Source of the DNA: Lepidodermella squamata | Lineage: Eukaryota > Animalia > Gastrotricha | NCBI GenBank assembly: GCA_047495785.1 | Contig: JBLDXI010000030.1 | Location: forward strand, 1,054,001 to 1,118,000 | Direction: 5' to 3' | Length of the DNA: 64,000 bases | Shown: positions 48,104 through 59,251 of the stretch, piece by piece | How the letters are laid out: every line of letters starts with the position of its first letter | How positions within the stretch are numbered: position 1 is the first letter of the stretch | The notes under the pieces: model-generated | Seen by the model: only the letters and a program-made list of their open reading frames with translations | The model's database searches: none | Told to the model about the DNA's origin: nothing | Made by a program: the position numbers and the translations under genes

Positions 48104-51100
48104 GGGTGTTGCTATTGGCACATACTATGTGCCTCTTATTGGCTATTGGCACATAATTATGTGCCCCTTATTGGCTATTGGCACATTTTATGTGCCTCTT
48201 ATTGGCTATTGGCACATAGAGCTGAAATAAATGCTTTAAACGCAAATTCCCACTTTATTATCACGAACAACCTCATCCTCATCAGTATTTGTTCATTTTC
48301 TGGCGGTTCTTTTTCCGCCCCGCCCTCTTGACGCTCTACCGTCATTGGCAGTGACTGTAGGTTTACTCGCTTTACTTCGCGCGGCTTTCGCGTCAACACT
48401 CGTGCTTCGCCGCGGACAAGATTTCTTCACAGCGATCTGTGTCTCTGAAACATGCCTTGCCCTTTTGCGCGAGGTAACTGCACCAACATCATCGAGGCTT
48501 TGCGTTGGGGGAAGGGGTTGAAGTGCCATGTAATGATTCTCTCCATTGAAGTAAACGTTGATCGTTTTCTGGAAGGGGCGACCTGCCGAAGCGCTGATAA
48601 CTTGGCGCGGACGATTGATTTGATGTAAAATAACGTTCGTTTGGTAGAGATGGGAAACGGCGAACAGTGATTCATTTCCACCCCAGAACGTGCCGCTCTC
48701 CAGCCGATCAACTATACACGAATTAGTCAAGAAATGTTGATTATTGAGGAATTATGTTACCGTAGGCGTCATAATCGTCACTTGTCATTGAAATATCATT
48801 CACGTCATCTTCATGGATACCGGCCATAAATGGGAGTACTTCGATTCGATGACTGCGTAGATAATCGATGACTTCTTCACTTTCGGCTTTTCGGAGCCTT
48901 ATTCCTATGATTATAGAAGGCAATTTCTAGGCAGCGATATAATGGAGTTTTAATGGAAAGTCGAACCTGAACAGAATCCCCTTCTTGGGCGTTTGAGTAG
49001 GCTGAGAATCCGCTGTTGGGTTCGGGTCATCCGGTTCGCTATCGGAGCCATCAGAGCCAGCAAATCGTTTGTCATGGCAAACTGAAATTTTCTTGCCACT
49101 TTGAACAAGTGATAAAAACTTCTTGAAATTCCCAAGGTAGATCTTGAACTGATTAGTTCCAAGCTGGCTGAGAATGTTAGCGAACTGAGAGGCTTCATCA
49201 AAAGCTAAGCGATACTTTTTGCGTGGCGAAAGAGCCTCGCGTTTCAGAGCATTCGGACTTGCGAAGTTTTCCTCTTCCCAAGAAAAATCAGAATCAGAGT
49301 CTCCTAGGCTTTCAGTTCGGGTCTCTTCGGGCTTACTTTCCGCAAGCCGATATTGCAAACCGAAAGTCTCGACGTCGAACAACGGCATTTCCTCTTTCTT
49401 TCGAAGCGCCAGCATGTGCTTACATGGAACTTTCATGCTGTTAAATGCAGCGCAGCTGCACTTGTCAGTGTAGGTTTCATATTTGTAAACTTTGCGGTCG
49501 AATCCATACATTTGAACATCACCAAGCGTCAACTTCTTGAACTGCGAAGCATTCATCAGCTTCAGTGAATTGAAAAATGTTCTAACTGCCAATGACGATA
49601 CCGCAAAAGAAGCTTCATACAACTCCTGTTGGAATTCTTCTGAGACAGGCTGGCATCTAGTAATTGGGGAATCTGAGGGCGATGTTTGTTCTTCAGCAAT
49701 TTCACATAAAGTCGGTATCATGCGGTAAACCGACGGTTGACGGCCGAGTGAAGCTTTTATGAGGCACTTGAAATTTGCAAATGTGCCTTCAATTGGATTG
49801 GTCGTATCTTGATTCATAGTTTCGTACATACGGCGGGCATATTTTGCCCACATCGCCTTTGATGCCAACCAATTTTGTTCGAAATAAGGCAGTAGCTCAA
49901 TGTATTCGTTAGGTTTACCGCCAAGCTTTCGTACTTCCAAACCTTTAGCAAGGGAGACGAATGCCTTTTCTGCCGTTTTGAATTGAGGCTCGTAGCGGGC
50001 GTGTACCATATCCTTGAAAGCGGTGAATAGTTCTTTTTTGACTTCCAATCGACAAACTGCTGTAGCAATGAGGTTTCGCATGTATTTCAACGCGTGAAAG
50101 GCGCACAACAAAACTATGCAGTCGAATATTTCTTCCACCAAATCAATTTGATGAAGGTCCTTATCCACAAGGAAGATGCCCGGCTTGTGGATAGTTTTGA
50201 AAGATTCCAAAATAAATCGAACATTATCGTCCGATTCGTCTTCAAGCAGGGCTATGCCAGCGACGCCAGTTCTACCGTTATCGGCATTTTTGTAGCAAAA
50301 ACAGAGGACTTTGTATCCTTCCTTGTTGGTTTTGAAGGTGGTATCTAGGAGAACAGTTCGAGGCCTTTGTCTTGCCACGGTACCAATCATCTTTGGCGTA
50401 GCAATAAACATTGCTTGAGTGACACCATCGCCATCATCACGCTTTTCCACTACGCCTCCGTTTGCCTTGATGTCATCAATGAAGCTACTGAGCTCCGCCT
50501 GGTGGACTTCATTCGACAGATGTTTCATCTTTAGGTTGTTGATAAACTTTCTAGAGACAACCTTTCCTAAACCAATTTGAATGTGAAAAGTGAAGAATAT
50601 CGAAGAATGTTGCATTTATTACCTGTATTTTTCTTGATGTTTCTTGCCAAGAGGCTAGGTTTGATCGCGTAGTTCTTGATCAAATTGACGGTATTGCTCA
50701 CTTCTTCTTCTGTGAGACGATTGTCGTTCGGAAACCATTTTCCACCGAGAGGGTGGGTATGAGTCCAATTAGACTCAGTAACCTCCCAACAGTCAGTGAT
50801 CTTTGAGTAAGAGCATTTAACGATACCGGGACAATCTCGAAAGAGATAGTTCTGCGTTTCTCGTTTCCCAGTTGATCTACTCGCCCTGAGAATACCGTGC
50901 CGACATTGGCGAATAATCTGGGTTTCAGAGGTGGACCGAACACGAAAAGGATGTTTACCGGCTGTTTTCACCAGGTCATACTTGGCTAGAAACGATTCAC
51001 CAGTAGGAAAAACATCGCCGACTTTTATCTCTAAAGCGTCATCCATGATAAAGATGCTACAAAGAAGACTATCATAAACACTTATAAACCCGCTTCTAAT

Positions 51101-51367
51101 ATGCTTCTAATATGCTGTGTAAATGCACGTGGCCGGGAAAAAAATCGTCAGTGAATGAATCAACTCAAATCCACGCGCCGGAAATACGATGGTAGTAACT
51201 TTTTTCATTCAAATAATGACATAAATTACGATTTCTACTCATTTTACATGTTATGTGCCAATAGCCAATAAGAGGCACATAAAATGTGCCAATAGCCAAT
51301 AAGGGGCACATAATTATGTGCCAATAGCCAATAAGAGGCACATAACCATGTGCCAATAGCCACACCG
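48104..51367 (-). mobile_element. Mutator-like (MULE) DNA transposon, 3.26 kb
   Basis: ~115-bp TIRs of tandem ttattggctattggcaca units; 9-bp TSD tttaataaa at 48095-48103 and 51368-51376; paralogous empty site at 44815-44863. Confidence 0.93.
48293..51046 (-). CDS. MULE transposase (WRKY/FAR1-like Zn finger, DDE, SWIM) followed by OTU-like exons
   Basis: Intron 50622-50567; LLDTTFKTN, FLVDKD, CAFH, TTNPIE, CSCAAFNSMKVPCKH; downstream spliced YDAYVDRLESGTFWGGNESL...NGENHY. The join near 48930-48970 is not clearly in frame. Confidence 0.8.
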
Positions 51368-51466
51368 TTTAATAAAAGCAGCAGAAAAAGACGAGGATCG
51401 AGGATGCTACAGTGTCATTTCCCATATCGAACACTATTTACAATGTACACGATTTTACGAATCAAT

Positions 51467-52636
51467 TCATGACAACATCAGTGAGAAGAGAATCGCGTCA
51501 ATCATCATTACCGCTATGCCTGCCCCTGCAGCCATCACCAGGTCCAGAAGGCGATGCATGGGTATGGCCACGGACTTATTTAATTTGAAAACGCGAGATT
51601 TCAATGGTTCTGGAATACTGGGACTGAAGCAAGTGTAGGCTGTTAGTACGACAGCAACGATGAATTTAGCGGCGATCATGTACACAAGATAGACGTGGTC
51701 TGACGTCATTGGAATCATGCCAAAGATTAAGGTCAGAAACACAACGTATGACAACACGACAGTCACGCAAAACGCAGCTTGATCCCTATTCACAGGTTCG
51801 GCAACCAAGGAAACTACCTGAAGGATAAATAGGGTGATAGTTGGTACGAAGATGTTGCAGACGTAGTAGCCACTTTTGCGACGGAATCGAATTTTCAAGT
51901 AAATTCGATCATAATAGATCATGTAGTCCGGTTGAAATTCAGTCGTGTTGTATCCATAATACTCGACAAGTGACCATATATCACTATCAACGATGAAGAT
52001 GCTATCGTTAGACATGTCCATTCTGTATATTCCAAGTCGGAGTATAACGTTTTTGTGAGCATGATCAGATTCAAAAACTAGTGAGCAGTCTTGCGTATCG
52101 AAGGGGAATTTTCGGTAGCTGAATGCGGTGCATGAAACGTCGAATCGGTCGAAAATATATTGTACCATTGTATACAGCGGTTGAATTGGAAATATGACAA
52201 TTTGGTCATTTAATTTGCGACCGATATCAGGCTTTTCGTAAGCTGTCAAATGATATATTAATGGTGTCCAAATATCCAACGCAGGGACGGGGAAGTAGAG
52301 CTCGTCAGGACTAAGTGTCTCGCAATCTGTTTCTGACAGTAAATCTGTGCATTGCGGTACTTCGCATGGCAACCGCCACGTTATTAACAGATACAGAAGC
52401 AAAGACAGTTTTTGCTCCACGTCATCAATTCCAACAAAACGGTGGAGAGACACATTGACGGTAACCAAAACCTGCCTGCTGCTGTTGGAATATATTGCTT
52501 GTTCCATCGGCAGGTTTTTCGACAGAACTGCCGGACATCTTTCAATGAATTTTGCTTGCATGTTTCCAGCAGCCGTTGAAGCCGATCCCAGCGAGGTGAG
52601 CTTCACCAACATCAGCAATGCTAGGAGCGATTTCAT
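51467..52636 (-). CDS. Atypical Cys-loop channel subunit (type C), 389 aa
   Basis: Paralog of 44972-46141, including the 3' flank; CTAFSYRKFPFDTQDC. Confidence 0.92.
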   Translation of the reverse strand: MKSLLALLMLVKLTSLGSASTAAGNMQAKFIERCPAVLSKNLPMEQAIYSNSSRQVLVTVNVSLHRFVGIDDVEQKLSLLLYLLITWRLPCEVPQCTDLLSETDCETLSPDELYFPVPALDIWTPLIYHLTAYEKPDIGRKLNDQIVIFPIQPLYTMVQYIFDRFDVSCTAFSYRKFPFDTQDCSLVFESDHAHKNVILRLGIYRMDMSNDSIFIVDSDIWSLVEYYGYNTTEFQPDYMIYYDRIYLKIRFRRKSGYYVCNIFVPTITLFILQVVSLVAEPVNRDQAAFCVTVVLSYVVFLTLIFGMIPMTSDHVYLVYMIAAKFIVAVVLTAYTCFSPSIPEPLKSRVFKLNKSVAIPMHRLLDLVMAAGAGIAVMMIDAILFSLMLS

Positions 52637-53086
52637 GATGCTTTTAATTTTAATACAGTGTGATTTTCATTCTACGCAGTTGCTTGCACGAGGCTCAATA
52701 TCCTAGCCAAGGCAAATTTCCTGTGAAGCGTTTGTATGCGCAGCGATATGATTGGTATTGATTGGATGATGGAAAAACCAAGTAAACCCAGTTCTCTTTA
52801 GCAGTCATTATTTGGGGACCTGTGGTGAACGCCCATAAAATGAATCATGCTCTAATTGCCAGTAACTTCACACGAATCTCAACCGATAATGTAACGATGT
52901 TGCTTAATTCTCTATCTGAAAAAATTTCTCGCTTCGCAAGTCATTTTGGCAAATACAGCAAACAAAAATTTTCCATCCCTGGCAGCTCGAAGATCGTACC
53001 CTTAATGTAAACGAGAATGAATAATGAGTAATGAGTAAAATATGTTACTATAGCCAGAAAGCATTGGTATATCCAGGAATGTGGGT

Positions 53087-53460
53087 AACTTGAAAACGCA
53101 AGATTTCAATGGCTCTGGTATACTAGGACTCAAGCAAGTATAGGCCGCGATGATAACAGCAACGATTTAGCTGTGACCATGTAAACGAGATACACGTGAT
53201 CTAAAGTCATTTGTATCATGCCACAAATCAAAGTGAGAAATACAACGGCAGTGACGCAAAACACTGATTGGTCTCGATACACTAGCTCAGCGTTCAATGA
53301 AACGACTTGAAGTATGAAAAGTGTGATGGTAGGGACGAAGATGTTGCAGACGTAGTAGCCACTTTTGCGGCGAAATCGAATCGTCAAAGGAATCCGATCA
53401 TACAAGTGCGAGTATTGTGGTTGAACCACAGTGGTATTGTATCCAAAATACTCGACAAGT
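53087..53460 (-). pseudogene. Internal fragment of a type-C Cys-loop gene (loop C to M3)
   Basis: LVEYFGYNTT...FRRKSGYYVCNIFVPT...; deletion in M2, frameshift in M3, no N-terminus. Confidence 0.85.
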
Positions 53461-53534
53461 GGGTTATAATATTTCACTTTAGTTCATTTTTCGCCTTTTA
53501 TTATGTCCCACTTATTTGTATCACAGTCTGACGT

Positions 53535-54713
53535 TTATTCAAGCAGCATCAGAGAAAACAGAATAGCATCAATCACGACGATAGCAAAGGTTGCGCTTAT
53601 GACGACAGTTAGATCCAAAACCCGATGCATTGTCATTTTTACAGATCCATTAAGCTGAACATCATGTTTCTTCATCGACTCAGAGAATCCTGAGCTAAGG
53701 CACGTGTAAGCTGTAATCAAAACAGCTGCGAGGAATTTAGCAGCTACCATATAGACTAAATAGACGTTATCCGAGGATTTCGGCATCATGCCAAAAATTA
53801 AAGTTAGGAAAACTGCGTAAGCCAAAACGACAGTCACGCAGAAGGCTGGCTGGTCTCTATTCACAGGTTCGGTAACCAAGCCAATCATTTGAAGGATGAA
53901 CAGCGCGATGGTTGGGATGAAAACGTTACAGACGTAGTAGCTGCTTTTGCGGCGAAATCGAATTGTCATGCTTATCCGGCTGATATCGTAAGCTCCATTC
54001 ATTTGCATAGAAACTGAGTTGTTGAATTCAAGCGGCTCAACAAATGTCCAGATGTCAGTATCTAGGATAAATCTATCACGAGCTGACATATCAATTTCGA
54101 AAGTTTTGATTGTGTAAGCCACTTCAGTGCCGAGTTCGTTCGATTCGAAAACAATCGAGCATAGTTGAGTATCGAATGGGAATTTACGGTAACTGAAAGC
54201 TGTGCAAGATATGTCGAATCGATCAAAAACTGCGAATAGGATGGAATTAGTGGCCAATGGATAGATCCAAACGTGGTCGCTCTGTTTCAGAGGAAGAATC
54301 GGTGATTCATAAGCAGTCATATGCAGGAGTTCCGGGGTCCAAATATCTCCGGCGGAAACGTAGAAATTCAGCCGCTCAGGGTGGGGTAACTTACAGTCTT
54401 CTTCCGACAGCAACTCTGAGCAGTCAGGGATTTCACATGGTAGCCGCCATTCCAAGGTCAAGAGGGCGAGGAGCGACAATTTTTGCTCTACATCGTCAAT
54501 GCCTACAAACCGGTAGAGCGTGAAGCTAACGTTTACAACAACTGGCTCGGTGTTATTCGAATACACAGCTTGGTCGGCGGGTAGACATTTCGATCGCAAA
54601 GCTGGGCATAACTCGGCGAATTTTGTTTCCAACTGCTCAGCGATTGACAAAGCTTCTTCCGACAGTTTGACCACGATCAAAACGAGAAGACAAGGAAGTG
54701 TCCATGATTTCAT
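53535..54713 (-). CDS. Atypical Cys-loop channel subunit, most divergent family member, 392 aa
   Basis: IWTPE, CTAFSYRKFPFDTQLC, M2 RDQPAFCVTVVLAYAVFL. Confidence 0.92.
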   Translation of the reverse strand: MKSWTLPCLLVLIVVKLSEEALSIAEQLETKFAELCPALRSKCLPADQAVYSNNTEPVVVNVSFTLYRFVGIDDVEQKLSLLALLTLEWRLPCEIPDCSELLSEEDCKLPHPERLNFYVSAGDIWTPELLHMTAYESPILPLKQSDHVWIYPLATNSILFAVFDRFDISCTAFSYRKFPFDTQLCSIVFESNELGTEVAYTIKTFEIDMSARDRFILDTDIWTFVEPLEFNNSVSMQMNGAYDISRISMTIRFRRKSSYYVCNVFIPTIALFILQMIGLVTEPVNRDQPAFCVTVVLAYAVFLTLIFGMMPKSSDNVYLVYMVAAKFLAAVLITAYTCLSSGFSESMKKHDVQLNGSVKMTMHRVLDLTVVISATFAIVVIDAILFSLMLLE

Positions 54714-55245
54714 GATTTATCCTCGTTGTTGTAACTATGGCTTCACACTCTCGGTGATTGCTGAGTTTTTCTGGAAGTTTACCATCACCAGCTGAAATAG
54801 CGATGAATAGGAACCGATGCGTAGAACCAAAAAAAAATGGTCAAACTATTTTAATAGAGTTTCTAGTTCTATTTCTCTATAGTTATTTCCATTGGTAATT
54901 GAGTTATCTTTTTCGAATGGCTCTCGCATTATTGTGAAAATCGATTAGTTGGCTATGCCGCCACTTGCCGGCAATTACCGCTCGAAATAACGACCACTGA
55001 GATTTGATAGAGGCATTATAAAAATGCCAGTTTTTCCTATCATCCGAAAAAATGCTCCGTTAAGCTCATTATTTTAAACTACCAAAAATTGCGGCGAAGT
55101 AGGATTCTTGAATGTTGAGCTAGGTTCAAGGAACCGCGCATTAGCATTACGTACCAAATAACAGTTTACGACTTTCGCAGTCCTTATTTCTATTTGAATC
55201 AAGAGTATGAATCAAAAATTGGAAGACCGTACAGCTTTGACTTCT

Positions 55246-57633
55246 TCAATTTTTGAAAGTTGATTTGTTAGCAAAAACGATCACGGTGCTTGCACAGCAG
55301 AATATCAATGCAGCTGCCGCGACAACTTCGTGCTGAGTGACAGGATTCTTGAAAACGAACAGTATGATTATCGCCGCAAAGAATATGAGCGAGGAGTTAA
55401 CGCTAGCCAATCTCAGCTGTGTAAGACCAGCCGTCCGTTTCGATAACTTAACACCCCGCAATTCATAGGCTAATAGCAGCGATCCAATTAGGAGAAGAAC
55501 ATGAAGCGACGCAAACGCAGCAAGCCAAGCCGTCTGATTAGCCGAGGAGCATGCGATGAGCAAATCCGAGACGAAGATGTCGGCTTTCTCATCGTATCGA
55601 GCAGTATTCGCGTAGTTGACGAAAAGAGCAGATTTGCCGTCAACTGCGAACCAGGACGCGATTAAAATCACGTTCAAAAGAATGAAAAAAACAGCGGTAA
55701 ATACAACTTTTTTCCCAGATCGCCGATCAAGAAAAGCTCTATTTTCTATTAATCTCCTATGTTTGATTTGAGGTGAAGCTATTATTGCAGATCCTTGAGT
55801 AGTCATGCTAACACCCGGTTGATTCCTATTTCTCTGGTTTGGATAAGTTTTGGCCAGTTGAACTGGTGTTTGTCTGGAGAGATACATTGCGAGCAAATGA
55901 GCAAAGCAAGTAGCATTAAAAATGGAAAAGCCAATGATCAACAATGAGAACCGGGCTATACAAAGGCTGTTGCTGTTATTTAGTGAATTAGGATTAGTAA
56001 AGTCAAGAACAAAAGTAACAGCTGATCCCATCATCAGGAGCAATGCGGTGCAAAGTGGAAGAAGCTTAGTCAACCTTTTTAGCCATACCAACCTCGCAGC
56101 AATAACTATTTGCAATGTTGAAAAAAATCCAGCTAGCGTTATAATCGTAATTCTAATCAATAAACTCGAGGTTCCAATTTCGCTCTTTAGGCCCCAGGAA
56201 TCGTTCGGAGGATGTCCCGGTCTCGAGGCGAAAAACCAGGTTGGATCTGCTAGTTTCTGAAGCAAAAAAGATTGACTAGTGTGAGGATCTGGTTTTACTT
56301 TCGAAACTTTGTACAGCAACCGGCCGATACCATTAGTCCCCATCGCCCATTGTTTGATGTGTTGGACTTCGTTGTCGAATTCAATCCTCTCGGAGTAAGA
56401 CTTCAGACCCCCTCTTAATCCGCTGTACTGAACGTTGGCAGCACTTTCATTCACAATTTTCGATACTTTTTCAGGAAATCTTTCGTAGTCTGAGAGGGTC
56501 ATGTTTTGCTTCTGGAGAAGTTTTTCCGCCCCGTCCAGGGTAACAATCGCTTGAAGCATTGCGTCATGACATCGAGAGCGGTAAGAGAAGCCATAAGGGT
56601 TGACAAATTTCGTTGGAATTTTCGTGACTTCGCTGACTAGCGCATCTAATCTTGCATCGAATTCATGGATATTGTAACCAAGTGTTGATCTCAAGTTTTG
56701 GTCCTCAGCTGTAACTTGCCACTCGACAGAGCCGATGAAAAAGGTCGATCTCAGCTGTGATAAGACAATCTCCTTCGGACAGATGAATTTAAGGAATTCG
56801 ATTAGTTCGTGCTCGCTAAGAATATTTGGGCCACGTAAGATGAAAATATACCCATTCTCTGGGGTGATACCTATCTTGTGCCAGGTGCAAAAAGTTTCGA
56901 ATAGAACTTCGTACAAAGATAGATAGATGACGATTATCCGAACATTAGCTGCCTTCAAAGACGCGAAAGAATCATCGATAGCTGGGTATTGATTGAACCA
57001 AACTACTTGAATTCCCTCTCTGCTCAACACTTTGTAAGCGTAGTGGGAACTCATATCATCGTAAGAAAAAAGGGACGTCGCAACAATTGCAACTCTATTC
57101 CACCCTCCAACTTCCCTGATAAATTTTACGACTGAATAGGTAGTCATTTCGTCTGAAATTGCGCTGCGGTAGAAGTTGGGATAGATTCGACGATTTCCTG
57201 AGAAAACAGGCCAGTTGCATCCTGTTGCAATGTTGACCATATTATAGATATGCGCGAAAGCTCCGAGGTACAGACACCCGTTTTGACTAAAGGTACCTAC
57301 AAAAACTGGACTGGTCGTGACGATTGACTCAGCAGTTATCTCGCGAGCTCCTTCCTTATCGATGAATTCGAAGAAGTTTTTCAAAGCATTGCCGAAAACA
57401 CTTGGTGTATCTTCACCATCGTCCATATAGGTGACATTCAAATAATAGTCTTTCAGAACATCACTTCGGTTGTTTGCTTCGTTCGCAGCTACTTGCATAG
57501 CTAACTCGCAAAGAGGACCTCCCATAGGTTCCATTTTCAGCAAAGGTACTAGAGCGAGCATTGATATGATTTTGGGTTTTGCTGCAGTTGTAAAAATCGT
57601 TGCTATGAGCAATACAACAATAGTATAGTACAT
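55246..57633 (-). CDS. Class C GPCR, GABA-B-receptor-like (Venus flytrap + 7TM), intronless, 795 aa
   Basis: Signal peptide; AMQVAANEANNRSDVLKDYYLNV, YPNFYRS, GWNRVAIV, RIIV, HDAM flytrap motifs; no Cys-rich domain; LCIARF (TM3), C-S in ECL2, LAYELRGV (TM5); seven hydrophobic segments; very short tail. Confidence 0.85.
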   Translation of the reverse strand: MYYTIVVLLIATIFTTAAKPKIISMLALVPLLKMEPMGGPLCELAMQVAANEANNRSDVLKDYYLNVTYMDDGEDTPSVFGNALKNFFEFIDKEGAREITAESIVTTSPVFVGTFSQNGCLYLGAFAHIYNMVNIATGCNWPVFSGNRRIYPNFYRSAISDEMTTYSVVKFIREVGGWNRVAIVATSLFSYDDMSSHYAYKVLSREGIQVVWFNQYPAIDDSFASLKAANVRIIVIYLSLYEVLFETFCTWHKIGITPENGYIFILRGPNILSEHELIEFLKFICPKEIVLSQLRSTFFIGSVEWQVTAEDQNLRSTLGYNIHEFDARLDALVSEVTKIPTKFVNPYGFSYRSRCHDAMLQAIVTLDGAEKLLQKQNMTLSDYERFPEKVSKIVNESAANVQYSGLRGGLKSYSERIEFDNEVQHIKQWAMGTNGIGRLLYKVSKVKPDPHTSQSFLLQKLADPTWFFASRPGHPPNDSWGLKSEIGTSSLLIRITIITLAGFFSTLQIVIAARLVWLKRLTKLLPLCTALLLMMGSAVTFVLDFTNPNSLNNSNSLCIARFSLLIIGFSIFNATCFAHLLAMYLSRQTPVQLAKTYPNQRNRNQPGVSMTTQGSAIIASPQIKHRRLIENRAFLDRRSGKKVVFTAVFFILLNVILIASWFAVDGKSALFVNYANTARYDEKADIFVSDLLIACSSANQTAWLAAFASLHVLLLIGSLLLAYELRGVKLSKRTAGLTQLRLASVNSSLIFFAAIIILFVFKNPVTQHEVVAAAALIFCCASTVIVFANKSTFKN

Positions 57634-57800
57634 CGATGCCCTATTTTTACTTGGTTAACCTGAAAAAATGATTGAAAATTGCTGTTTCTGTGAGATTGCG
57701 CTGCAGTTCGATCTTGCTAGCTCGGTATGGATCGGCCTAATTTCGTTCATCAGAGCTCAATGACAGATCAAATTTCGGAGTGGAGAGCACATTTTTCATT

Positions 57801-58982
57801 TTATTCCAGCATTAGAGAGAAAAAAACGATATCGATCACTAAAATAATAATACTTGCTCCTATAGCGATTGTAACATCCAAAAATCGATTCATTGACATT
57901 TTTACAGATTTGTGCAATTTAACAACTCGAGTTCTCGCAGATTCAGGAATGCTAGTGCTCAAACATGTATAAGCTGTTAGAAGTATTGCTACAATGAATT
58001 TAGCCGCTACCATGTATACGATGTAGACGTGATCTGAAGTTTTTGGCACCATGCCAAAAATCAACGTCAGAAATACCACGTAAGACAGAACGACAGTCAC
58101 GCAAAACGCTGATTGGTCTCGGTTCACTGGCTCAGCAATCAGTGAGACGACCTGGAGGAGAAACAGCGCTATGGTTGGGACGAAAATGTTGCAGACGTAG
58201 TAGCCACTCTTGCGTCGAAATCGGATCGTCATATTCATTCGCGAGACATCGTAATTCAGCTGAGCTGAAATATAAGTGGTATGCTCGAGTGGCTCGACAA
58301 CCGACCATATGTCAGAGTCAACGATGAAAGTATCCCGCGCTGAAGTGTCGATGTTGAATTTGTCGATGTGGAAAGTCACTTCCTTGTGATAATCGAATGC
58401 TTCGAAAATAATCGAGCAAACTTGAGTGTCGAAGGGGAATTTTCGGTAACTGAAGGCTGTGCAGGAAATGTCAAACCGGTCGTAAATGTCGGACAGAACT
58501 GTATTCGAAGCGAAAGGATAGAACCAAACCTGATCGTTTTTCCTCTGAGGCTTTGGCGTTTCGAAAGCTGTCATATGACCGATCCCAGGCGTCCATACAT
58601 ACTTAGCCGGGATGTACATGTAGAAATTATCATTGCGGGGAATGCTGCAGTCTGTTTCCGATAGCAGATCCGTACATTTCGGATTTTTGCATGGCAGCCT
58701 CCACATCATAGTTAGATGGGCTAGCAGCGATAGTTTTTGCTCCACATCATCGATGCCTACAAAGCGGAGAAGGGCCATTATGACGTTCACGACAAGCGGC
58801 TTGCTGTTATTTGAAAAGACCGCTTGCTCAACTGGGACGCATCTCGATCTGAAGGCTGGGCAAAACTCGGCGTAGTTTGCTTCCAATCTTTCAGAAATTG
58901 ATAAAGCCCCTTTCAACGCATGGATTTGCATCATACCATACGTGACGGTAGTGATCGAAAATATCAGTGTAGCTATAGCCAT
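57801..58982 (-). CDS. Atypical Cys-loop channel subunit
   Basis: ATG start MAIATL at 58982; VWTPG, CTAFSYRKFPFDTQVC, 4 TM. Confidence 0.9.
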   Translation of the reverse strand: MAIATLIFSITTVTYGMMQIHALKGALSISERLEANYAEFCPAFRSRCVPVEQAVFSNNSKPLVVNVIMALLRFVGIDDVEQKLSLLAHLTMMWRLPCKNPKCTDLLSETDCSIPRNDNFYMYIPAKYVWTPGIGHMTAFETPKPQRKNDQVWFYPFASNTVLSDIYDRFDISCTAFSYRKFPFDTQVCSIIFEAFDYHKEVTFHIDKFNIDTSARDTFIVDSDIWSVVEPLEHTTYISAQLNYDVSRMNMTIRFRRKSGYYVCNIFVPTIALFLLQVVSLIAEPVNRDQSAFCVTVVLSYVVFLTLIFGMVPKTSDHVYIVYMVAAKFIVAILLTAYTCLSTSIPESARTRVVKLHKSVKMSMNRFLDVTIAIGASIIILVIDIVFFSLMLE

Positions 58983-59063
58983 CGTGGTTTTTTCAATGGA
59001 TTCGATCACTACTGAAGCTCAACAATGAAATGCTCTGATTAATGGATTGAAACCATGCTCGCA

Positions 59064-59073
59064 AATTTCCTGT
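59064..59073 (-). promoter_or_regulatory. ETS-like motif in a 269-bp putative bidirectional promoter
   Basis: AATTTCCTGT lies between head-to-head ATGs at 58982 (-) and 59252 (+). Confidence 0.5.
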
Positions 59074-59251
59074 CAAACAAACATAACCGATTATAAAATA
59101 GACCAGTGCCTGGTAAAATCACACAATATCGATCGTCTGGCTTTTAGTTTGAAACCTTAGATCGAGGATGATATACATTCATCAATCGGGCACATCTGCA
59201 TACAACAACCAGCCGAAGTAAGGTCGAAGTACCTAACAAGGTACAACCTTC

